Below are positions 17,694 to 25,235 of a stretch of 42,725 nt of DNA, piece after piece. Source of the stretch: a virus; the IMG/VR virus record IMGVR_UViG_3300033141_002573, positions 1 through 42,725 of that record. The stretch is one strand, 5' to 3'. The stretch's first letter is position 1. The number at the start of each line of letters is the position of its first letter. The translations under genes were made by a program, and so were the position numbers. The notes under the pieces are model-generated. The model was not told where the DNA came from. It saw only the letters and a program-made list of their open reading frames with translations, and did no database searches.

Positions 17694-18387
17694 CCTATGG
17701 GATATTGCTCGACTCGCCGAGTGTAGGATCGGTCACTATCCAGAGGTGTTGGGTTACCTGAGAGCAAGAGGGTTGACAACCGAGGACATCCAGGTATGGC
17801 ACATAGGCTATCTAGACAAAATCAAGCGCGGAGTTGGAGGACTGTATGGACGTATTACATTTCCTGTGTTCGGACACTCTACGGATAGGGTAATAACCAT
17901 TTCAGGGAGATCCTTCTGGGGCGATACACCAAAGTACTGGCACCCGTCGTTTGAGAAAGGAAGATGGCTGTACGGTCTGTGGCAGCCAATGGTGAGCATT
18001 CCTATTATCGTAGAAGGTATGTTCGACTGTATTGCCCTACGGCGGTTGGGCTACTTTGCGTTGGGCACGATGGGAACGGCCTTACGGTCATGGCAGGCAG
18101 CCCATGTTGCCCTGTACTCGGACCAGGCTGTCGTTCTGCCTCATGCAGATGCGTGGTACACGGTTCCGCGTTGGAAAAGTGCTCTTGAATCTGTTGGCAT
18201 TGAAACTGCCGCTCCTGTGGGCCTTTACCCTAAGGATGCGCCACCAGATGCTGATCCAGATTGGCTTGCCATTCACTACCCCGAACATTTGATACGTATT
18301 ATCAACGGGGTGATAGAAAGCCTCAGTCCTAAATCCAGTCCGTATGCTGGTCTGGAGGCTAAGTTGGAAGAAATGGTAGAGGGGTAA
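17668..18387 (+). CDS. DnaG-like primase (catalytic/TOPRIM core, no Zn-binding domain)
   Basis: YLRARGL...IGY, GRITFPV, SGR, PKY, LYG, IIVEGMFDCIAL, MGTAL, DPD. Confidence 0.85.
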   Translation: MVAAQSASSLWDIARLAECRIGHYPEVLGYLRARGLTTEDIQVWHIGYLDKIKRGVGGLYGRITFPVFGHSTDRVITISGRSFWGDTPKYWHPSFEKGRWLYGLWQPMVSIPIIVEGMFDCIALRRLGYFALGTMGTALRSWQAAHVALYSDQAVVLPHADAWYTVPRWKSALESVGIETAAPVGLYPKDAPPDADPDWLAIHYPEHLIRIINGVIESLSPKSSPYAGLEAKLEEMVEG

Positions 18388-18392
18388 CACTA

Positions 18393-19571
18393 TTGATAAC
18401 CAGGGTAGACATAAACGGGTTCATGTCGTATGACAAGGCGTCACTGGATCTCGCCGATGGCGTTAATCTTGTTGCTGGTGAAAACAGATCTGGAAAGACG
18501 AATCTCCTAAGGGCTATCAAGTGGGTACTGCTGAATGTGGGTCCACCCTATAATGATGACCCTGAACTTGATCGTCTAAGGCATGGTGTGGGGGAAGCGA
18601 AGGCTGGTGAGGCTGTAGTCCGTGTAACGTTCGGTGACGGGGGGTGGGTAGAAAGGCGGAGGTCCAAGGGGGAAAACGCATACATACTCCACTTCCCCGA
18701 TGGGCGGGAGGAACGACACGATGGTCCTGGAACTGGTTTCTACGAGCCTGTGTCTCTTGTAACCCGTTTCTTTCCTGTTGATGTCGGGGGGACTGAAACA
18801 CTTATAGGATGGCAGGGTGTCCACGATGCCCATATGCTTGTTACCGACACACCGACACAACTGGACAAGCGTATAACCAGGCTTGTGGGAAGCAATACGA
18901 TAGAGGATGCTGTTTCTATCGGTGAGGCATCATATAGAAAGTTGTCGCAGGAAGCAGCACGTTTGAGAGCAGAGGCTGAAGAGAAGGAAGCGGAGGCTGA
19001 AGGTTACGAGGGGATTGACGATGCCCTTGATGCTGCCATGGCAGCCAGAGACGCGGAGTCAAAGCTTAAGGACGCTGCGTCATCATTAACCCAAGCGAAG
19101 ACCGTGGTGGAGGGATTTGGGAAAGCCAGAGTGCTACTCACATCCCTTGGGGCATCTGTAGCTGATGCGGAGTCGAAACTGTCCAAGGCGAGGGAATCCG
19201 TCGACAATGCACTAGGTTTCTACGAGACCATTCGAAAGGCAGACGACCTCGCCAACCAATACATAGCGCAGCGCGTCCTGGCAGACCGTGGTGGTTCTGT
19301 GATAGACTCTGCTGTATCTACTCTCAGGGAAGCATCCGTTGCAAGGGACGCGCTCAAGGATGTGTCTGACAACCTGAATGCAGTGACACGGGTTGCATCG
19401 GCGTATACCCAGGCTAAAGAACTCCTTGTAACGGAAACTACCAACTTGGACGCTGTTGAACAAAAAGTGTCGAGTGTGAAGTCTAAAAGGAAACATTTGA
19501 TGGATGAGCTCGATATTTGTCCTCACTGCGGAAGACCTGCCATATGCCCACATTGTGGACATAAACTGTAA
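18393..19571 (+). CDS. sbcC: SbcC/Rad50-like ATPase, N-terminal half
   Basis: ITRVDINGFMSY, Walker A GENRSGKTN, Q-loop-like WQG, coiled coil, terminal CPHCG x2; no Walker B. Confidence 0.88.
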   Translation: MITRVDINGFMSYDKASLDLADGVNLVAGENRSGKTNLLRAIKWVLLNVGPPYNDDPELDRLRHGVGEAKAGEAVVRVTFGDGGWVERRRSKGENAYILHFPDGREERHDGPGTGFYEPVSLVTRFFPVDVGGTETLIGWQGVHDAHMLVTDTPTQLDKRITRLVGSNTIEDAVSIGEASYRKLSQEAARLRAEAEEKEAEAEGYEGIDDALDAAMAARDAESKLKDAASSLTQAKTVVEGFGKARVLLTSLGASVADAESKLSKARESVDNALGFYETIRKADDLANQYIAQRVLADRGGSVIDSAVSTLREASVARDALKDVSDNLNAVTRVASAYTQAKELLVTETTNLDAVEQKVSSVKSKRKHLMDELDICPHCGRPAICPHCGHKL

Positions 19572-19588
19572 AGAAAGGAGATGCCGGT

Positions 19589-19792
19589 ATGCTTACTAGA
19601 AGAGGTCAAGGAAGGATGGGTGGTCCATATGCAGCAGGCCCAGGAGGAACATGCGTGTGCCCTAAATGTGGGGCCACAGTTGCGAAAATAACTGGTCGCC
19701 CTTGCACAGACATAAGGTGTCCTCGTTGCGGAGCAGCTATGCTCCGAGAAGGTACACCCCCTGCTAGTCAGGTAACAACTGAATGGAGATAG
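19589..19792 (+). CDS. Small Cys-rich Zn/Fe-binding protein (GRMGGP..AGPGG.CVCPKCG family)
   Basis: AAGGAG RBS; CVCPKCG...PC...CPRCG..M.RE. Confidence 0.75.
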   Translation: MLTRRGQGRMGGPYAAGPGGTCVCPKCGATVAKITGRPCTDIRCPRCGAAMLREGTPPASQVTTEWR

Positions 19793-19795
19793 AAA

Positions 19796-20803
19796 ATGCG
19801 TCTAATGCGTTTGGACAATAGTGAGCAAGAGGCAGACATTCGGTCGGGAAAGGCCCCATCCGATGTCTACGGGGGAATCGGGCGTGTCAAAACGTACGTA
19901 AAACTCCAGGATGTAAACGGATGTTTTGATAGCCCTAGAGTTCTCGAATTTGATCAACCCTATCAGGTTGCAGCAGATGCTCTAGGGTGTACTTGGAATG
20001 AGACAAACCCTGTGTTCGTGATTGAGTTGGCTGGATGCAACCTTAAGTGTCCTTACTGCTTTATCGGGGACTACACCACTGTCGACGTCGATGTGGAAAC
20101 TGTCATAAGTGTCTGGATGAACTACAGGCTTGATGGTAATCCATCTAAGGTGTTCCGTATTAGTGGTGGGGAGCCGATGATGCAGGAGAACGCAGTGTCG
20201 GATCTGGTATCCGTTTTGGGAAAGTCTCAGGATCCTAAGAACCCCCACACATATATCTGGGTGGATACAAATCTGACACTACTGCCCAGCACCGATACAC
20301 TATCTGTGCTGTCTCAAACCCCTCACCTGTCTGTGTGTGGATGTTTCAAACCACTATCAGGGCTTCTGTCTGAACAGCTATCCAACGCGAAGGCGTACAT
20401 CGATGCGGGGGTTGACATGTTTTTCTACTGGCCTACCGCGTTAACCGACAGAGACGTGGAAGCCTCCTTATCGTTGGATAGTAACGCACCACATCTACAC
20501 TCATATGACAACAAATCGACAGTATGGCGTAGAGCAGCAGCCAGTGCCTGTGAGATAATAGCAAACGAGGTTCACCCGCTTGCTCCGCTAAGGACTACGT
20601 TCATTAGGATCAAGTACCACTACAACGTGGTAGTAAACCGGATGGGGCTATCAGAGGAGGATGTGGATAACGTGGACATGGTAGCACAGATGAAATGGCG
20701 GGTCATGCAAGACGCCCATCTTGAGTATTTGTCGCATAAGTATGATCCCAAAATCTGGTGGCTTCCTAGTCATAAGGTCGAGCTTAACGGAGCACAGACA
20801 TGA
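19796..20803 (+). CDS. Radical SAM enzyme
   Basis: GCNLKCPYC (CxxxCxxC), RISGGEP, VDTN. Confidence 0.9.
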   Translation: MRLMRLDNSEQEADIRSGKAPSDVYGGIGRVKTYVKLQDVNGCFDSPRVLEFDQPYQVAADALGCTWNETNPVFVIELAGCNLKCPYCFIGDYTTVDVDVETVISVWMNYRLDGNPSKVFRISGGEPMMQENAVSDLVSVLGKSQDPKNPHTYIWVDTNLTLLPSTDTLSVLSQTPHLSVCGCFKPLSGLLSEQLSNAKAYIDAGVDMFFYWPTALTDRDVEASLSLDSNAPHLHSYDNKSTVWRRAAASACEIIANEVHPLAPLRTTFIRIKYHYNVVVNRMGLSEEDVDNVDMVAQMKWRVMQDAHLEYLSHKYDPKIWWLPSHKVELNGAQT

Positions 20804-21744
20804 AGATAATTCACGTCACGGATACCCACCTGGCCCCTGTAGGCACTCGCTACAGACAGGATAACTACGAAGATGCGATTTTTGCAAAGTTGTCACAGGT
20901 AGCGGCAGCCGCTAGGGAACTCGAGGCCCTCGTCATCCACACGGGTGATGTTTTCGACCTTCAAAACCCACAAGGAGTGCCCAGGGAACTCATCTACCGA
21001 TTCTCGGAGTTCATTGCTGAGTCGGGTGTAGGCTGGGTCCTCTTGGCAGGCCAGCATGACTTCCGTGGGAGAGACCCTAGCGGTGGAAGGTACTCCCCCC
21101 TTGGTCTGCTTAAGCACCACAGAAACGTAGTGTTTTCAGATCCCACACTCCCTGTTGCACGGTTTTGCTTCTCGTGGGGTAGCCTCATATGTGTCCAGTA
21201 CCATAACGGAATAATGGGAACATTGCAGCGGCTTGGGGAGGCCATAGACGAGCGTGTGTCTATAATAGCAGTACATGCTATGCTAACGGATATGCCAGTG
21301 CCGTGGGACCACCTACTGCTTGATGATCTCACAGACCTTCCTGCCCAGATGGTTCTTAGTGGTGATTACCATGCAGGATTTGCGTTTACCACACGCGAAG
21401 GACCCGCAGGACCCATTCACTTCTGTAATCCTGGTGGGCTAGGGCGTGTAGACAGAAACGAGGCGGAACGCACCCCCCAGTACGCTATAGTGGACCCCTT
21501 GGAGGGGACAGCTACGTATGTCAAGGTAAACGCCTCCCCAGGTGCGGAGGCGTTCGATCTGATAAAGGCAGAAGATGACGTGGCGAAGACCAACACACGG
21601 TCCGCGTTCGCTGAGAGAATCGGATCGCTGGACATTGGGCTAGAGATGTCGTTTGACCGCCTAGTACAGCAGTTACCGAAGGAGGATGAAAGAATTGTCG
21701 AACGAGCAAGGGAGTTCTATCAGCAGGCCTCCGTACCGTCCTGA
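20800..21744 (+). CDS. sbcD: SbcD/Mre11-like metallophosphoesterase nuclease
   Basis: IIHVTDTHL, TGDVFD, GQHD, VH, SGDYH, NPGGLGR. Confidence 0.9.
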   Translation: MKIIHVTDTHLAPVGTRYRQDNYEDAIFAKLSQVAAAARELEALVIHTGDVFDLQNPQGVPRELIYRFSEFIAESGVGWVLLAGQHDFRGRDPSGGRYSPLGLLKHHRNVVFSDPTLPVARFCFSWGSLICVQYHNGIMGTLQRLGEAIDERVSIIAVHAMLTDMPVPWDHLLLDDLTDLPAQMVLSGDYHAGFAFTTREGPAGPIHFCNPGGLGRVDRNEAERTPQYAIVDPLEGTATYVKVNASPGAEAFDLIKAEDDVAKTNTRSAFAERIGSLDIGLEMSFDRLVQQLPKEDERIVERAREFYQQASVPS

Positions 21745-21751
21745 TCTTGTT

Positions 21752-22342
21752 ATGGGAGGGAGGGATAGCATAGGTGCCGAAGTTGCGGCGCTTGGGATAC
21801 GCCCCAGCAGCCCACTATTTGACGCCACAGTAAGTGTTATCGTGGCGCTAGAGGGGGACCATCTGGTAGCGTGGTGCGGGAATGGAGGTAGTGCATCCCA
21901 AGCGAGCCATTTCTCTGCTGAACTGATGGGAAGGTTTCGTTTGAATCGTCCACCCCTGCGCTCAGTTTCACTTGCTGCATGTCCTGTGGTGCTCACAAGC
22001 ATAGCTAATGACTACGGGTACGATTGGGTCTTCGCTAGGCAGGTTCAGGGGCTAATGCGTCAGGGCGATGTGCTGATAGGACTTACGACAAGCGGTACAA
22101 GTCGTAGTGTTGTCAATGCAATGAAGGTAGGGGGTGCAATAGGTGTAACTCGTATAGTATTCACCGGGGATGTTGACCCTACAACTGTGGCTGGCATGGG
22201 ATTTCCCGATGTAGTTGTGCCCGTACCTGGTAATAGTTCCATTGCCCATATACAGGAAGAGCATACTAAAATGTGCCACACTCTTTGTGCTGTTGTTGAG
22301 GATGTGTTGTTTCGACCCAAGAATGAAGGTGAGACCAAATGA
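21752..22342 (+). CDS. gmhA: Sedoheptulose-7-phosphate isomerase (SIS domain)
   Basis: CGNGGSASQASHFSAELMGRF, TSIANDYGYDWVFARQV, GDVLIGLTTSGTS, IQEEH...H.LC..VE. Confidence 0.92.
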   Translation: MGGRDSIGAEVAALGIRPSSPLFDATVSVIVALEGDHLVAWCGNGGSASQASHFSAELMGRFRLNRPPLRSVSLAACPVVLTSIANDYGYDWVFARQVQGLMRQGDVLIGLTTSGTSRSVVNAMKVGGAIGVTRIVFTGDVDPTTVAGMGFPDVVVPVPGNSSIAHIQEEHTKMCHTLCAVVEDVLFRPKNEGETK

Positions 22343-22608
22343 CGGGAAAGGGTATTGAGGAAATAGACGCGGAACTGTCCTACCTGGAAACCCAGGTACT
22401 TCCTGCCCAGCGTCAGAAACTTGAACAAGCCCGCGCTGCCGTCCAGGTGGCTGAGCAGCAGCTTAAGGGTCTTGGGTGGGATGGAAAGGCTGACATTGAT
22501 GCGTGGTTGAAAGCATTGAGGGATAAGTACGATACGCTTCGTGCCGATGCAGAAGCGAAACTCACAAGTGCAAAGGCAGCAATAGATGCCATAGCCAATA
22601 CTGAGTAG
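22339..22608 (+). CDS. Small coiled-coil protein (possible middle piece of split SbcC)
   Basis: ATGA overlap; entirely heptad-like helix. Confidence 0.65.
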   Translation: MTGKGIEEIDAELSYLETQVLPAQRQKLEQARAAVQVAEQQLKGLGWDGKADIDAWLKALRDKYDTLRADAEAKLTSAKAAIDAIANTE

Positions 22609-22615
22609 CTTTCCT

Positions 22616-22969
22616 GTGGAGGTGGTAATCATAAACGAGTGGTCGGAGTACGACGAGTCTGACAGGAACGCCGAACTGGAGAGAAAACGTGAGCTTGGAG
22701 GTCCTCATTACCCACCAGATCCTGTTGACCCTGTAAGTCTACGATGCGATGAGTGTGGAAGGGTTGTCAACATCGAACGGGATGTTGTCGAGTACCGGAA
22801 ATCCAGAGGTTACAGGTTCCATCTATGTAGACTCTGTGCTGCTCGGAAAGGCGAAAACCCATGGGTGTTGACAGATGCAGAACGTGCGCGTTTGGCTGCT
22901 GAGGGTGCAAATTACATAGAGGAACTTAGAAGGGAGCGAAGGGAGAGGTTATGGACGCAGACGAGTTAG
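22616..22969 (+). CDS. Zn-binding hypothetical protein
   Basis: CDECG...CRLC. Confidence 0.6.
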   Translation: MEVVIINEWSEYDESDRNAELERKRELGGPHYPPDPVDPVSLRCDECGRVVNIERDVVEYRKSRGYRFHLCRLCAARKGENPWVLTDAERARLAAEGANYIEELRRERRERLWTQTS

Positions 22970-23595
22970 TGGTGAAAGCAACACGTCTTAAGGCACAAAG
23001 GGACCTCCTTTTGGATCAAGCAAGAAGCGCAAGGATGGCTGCCGACAAACAGGAGGCTGCTGCTGAGGTAGACAAATTGGCTACCCAGTTGCTTAGGTCT
23101 CTTGGGGAAAACCTTCGCGGTCGTCTGAAGTCGCTCTTAGAACCTCTATGCACAGATGCGCTACGTGACATATACGGCCCAACCGCACGTTTCGAGATTA
23201 ACTTCCGCCAAACAGCCTCTGGCAAGCACCGTGCTGAGATACTTACAGCAGGGGAGGATGGATTCCTTGGACCTCCGGCTACAACAGATGGCGGTTCTGT
23301 GTGCGAGGTTCTGTCACTTGTGTTGAGGGTATCCATGCTTATGATACACTACCCTCGTCTTCGGCCCGTGATTATTCTTGATGAGCCACTTTCTACGCTC
23401 GACGAAAACAAGATACCTGCTCTGGGTGGATTCATAAGGTCTGTGGTGGACAGGTTAAGCGAAACCGGTATTCGGTTACAGATGATAATGACAGCACACC
23501 ACTTAGCTCGCGAGTTAGCTCCCTACGCCGATAATTGCTGCCTAACGCGGATGGTAAATGGGAGGACCGTTATTGTAGAAGAGAAAGGTGGTTAA
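22951..23595 (+). CDS. sbcC: SbcC/Rad50-like ATPase, C-terminal half
   Basis: Coiled coil, then signature-like DGG...LSLVLR, Walker B/D-loop VIILDEPLSTLD, H-loop IMTAH. Confidence 0.88.
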   Translation: MDADELVVKATRLKAQRDLLLDQARSARMAADKQEAAAEVDKLATQLLRSLGENLRGRLKSLLEPLCTDALRDIYGPTARFEINFRQTASGKHRAEILTAGEDGFLGPPATTDGGSVCEVLSLVLRVSMLMIHYPRLRPVIILDEPLSTLDENKIPALGGFIRSVVDRLSETGIRLQMIMTAHHLARELAPYADNCCLTRMVNGRTVIVEEKGG

Positions 23596-23600
23596 GTCGA

Positions 23601-24044
23601 GTGGCAAAGAAGCACAAACAGGCAGAAACGGAGGTTGTAAAGTACCTCTGGCCGGACCACCCTTGTGATGAGACAGGTTCAATCAGGGATTGGAAGGAAC
23701 TCCATGACGCCTCAGGCCCTGGCCGTGGCGATCTTACCACCTACTTTTTGGAGATCAAGTCACAGAGACTACCTCCAAACCTAAAGGCAATGCGTAGGGT
23801 ACTTGCGAGCGCATTGGACCAGCTTCGACATGCCAGGTCTGTCACCTCTCCAAAGAACATGGGGATAGAGCATTTAGTGGTTGTTTGGCGTCCAACAGGA
23901 TTACGGGGCATCGAAAACGCCCTTGCGTACTGGGAGGAGGACTCTCATCCTGTAATGCAGTTTCTCTCAGACTTCAGGAGCAGGTACATCGAGGGCTACG
24001 ATATGGAAAGGTGGATAGATAAGTACTGGACAACCCGTGAGTGA
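23601..24044 (+). CDS. Putative Holliday-junction resolvase-like PD-(D/E)xK nuclease
   Basis: K.KQAETEVVKYL...GDL...FLEIKS...LVVVWR pattern. Confidence 0.6.
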   Translation: MAKKHKQAETEVVKYLWPDHPCDETGSIRDWKELHDASGPGRGDLTTYFLEIKSQRLPPNLKAMRRVLASALDQLRHARSVTSPKNMGIEHLVVVWRPTGLRGIENALAYWEEDSHPVMQFLSDFRSRYIEGYDMERWIDKYWTTRE

Positions 24045-24064
24045 CAGCCTTGGTGGTAGGGATT

Positions 24065-24100
24065 GAAAAAGAGACCGGCGTAGGTGCCGGTCTCTTTTTC
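24065..24100. terminator. Bidirectional rho-independent terminator
   Basis: GAAAAA-GAGACCGGC-G TAGG T-GCCGGTCTC-TTTTTC: A-tract before and T-tract after a GC stem, exactly between the convergent gene arms. Confidence 0.92.
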
Positions 24101-24132
24101 TGGCGGCATGGGAGCAGAGGGTTTGTAACCTC

Positions 24133-24606
24133 TTAGTGGCAATACATTCCTGCATCGGGCACCAACCAGTGCCAGGAGGCACGTACCACCCCATCTGGGT
24201 CCAATCGATAGCACGCAGTAACACGCACAAGTTGTCGATACACAACGCCGTCCTTTGGATACCACATCGGGCCTGTTCCATACGGGACCGCATAGAGAGT
24301 GGTACTGGTAACCCTTGTAGCGGTAGTTTCCCCGTTTACAACCGTGCAAGAACAGGTCTGACGCTGAAGAAGGTAACCTCGCTCGACACTACCTCCTTTG
24401 ATTTCCACTAGGCTCTCAGTTGGGGGAGGTGACGTTGCTGGGCCTATTACCTGGCCGTTTTCCCCGACCCAGTAGTCATGTGAGCACATCCACGTTCCGT
24501 TTGCACCGAGAACGTACTGGCTGTTGGGCAGGGCCATGTTACCCGCTGCAACAGCCACCCCCAGTGAAAGGAACGCTACCACAAATACAACTCCGATTCT
24601 CTTCAT
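24133..24606 (-). CDS. Exported protein with a signal peptide
   Basis: MKRIGVVFVVAFLSLGVAVAA signal peptide; AAGGAG RBS; five Cys. Confidence 0.7.
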   Translation of the reverse strand: MKRIGVVFVVAFLSLGVAVAAGNMALPNSQYVLGANGTWMCSHDYWVGENGQVIGPATSPPPTESLVEIKGGSVERGYLLQRQTCSCTVVNGETTATRVTSTTLYAVPYGTGPMWYPKDGVVYRQLVRVTACYRLDPDGVVRASWHWLVPDAGMYCH

Positions 24607-24645
24607 TACAACCGTCTCCTTTCTGCCTACACTGTGTGGTGTGGC

Positions 24646-24957
24646 TTATTGGGTGTTAGTAAGGGCCATCACAAGCTTAACTATTACAGCCACCTCTCCA
24701 AGTACCATAGCAGCTAACCCGTAGATGGCACGGACTATCATTGTTTCCATCTTAGACTGGAACTCCTGACGTTCCATTTTGCTGTCAAGTACTGCCTTGT
24801 CCACCTTTGAGTGGAGGTTGTTGAGACACTCTGTCTGGGCATTGTTACTGTCTACTAACTCAGCAAAGCGTTCAGCAATGGCCTGACTGAACTCCCCTTG
24901 TTCCCTGGCCGCATTAATAAGGGCCTCGATGTCACGGGCATTTATGGTATCCGACAT
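24646..24957 (-). CDS. Coiled-coil protein with a C-terminal TM helix (holin-like)
   Basis: Coiled coil followed by IVRAIYGLAAMVLGEVAVIVKLV. Confidence 0.6.
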   Translation of the reverse strand: MSDTINARDIEALINAAREQGEFSQAIAERFAELVDSNNAQTECLNNLHSKVDKAVLDSKMERQEFQSKMETMIVRAIYGLAAMVLGEVAVIVKLVMALTNTQ

Positions 24958-24959
24958 GT

Positions 24960-25172
24960 TTAGTCAACCCCCACAGGAACCAATGGTGGGACGTTATCTA
25001 ATGTCTGTTGGGCCAGTCGAATCTGTGTTACCAATCGTCCGATAGCAGCGGTGGGTGATTCGTCTATTGGGTTTTGGACAGTTTCTGGTTGTGCTTTGCT
25101 TCTTATTACCCGACAATAAGCAGGGAACTCGATTTCTCTAGCAAGGATATGTTCCATCTGGAGGTCGTTCAT
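24960..25172 (-). CDS. Hypothetical protein
   Basis: AGGTGGGG RBS before ATG 25172. Confidence 0.45.
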   Translation of the reverse strand: MNDLQMEHILAREIEFPAYCRVIRSKAQPETVQNPIDESPTAAIGRLVTQIRLAQQTLDNVPPLVPVGVD

Positions 25173-25235
25173 CCGGTTTCCCCACCTGTTACCCCGTAGC
25201 ATATGGAATTACGTTGTTGTTTCCTTTCATTACCT

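Noticed and set aside
19796-20803. QueE of a 7-deazaguanine DNA-modification pathway
   Set aside because: No folE, queD, queC or dpdA recognisable in the window, and the N-terminus lacks QueE-type SIQGEG
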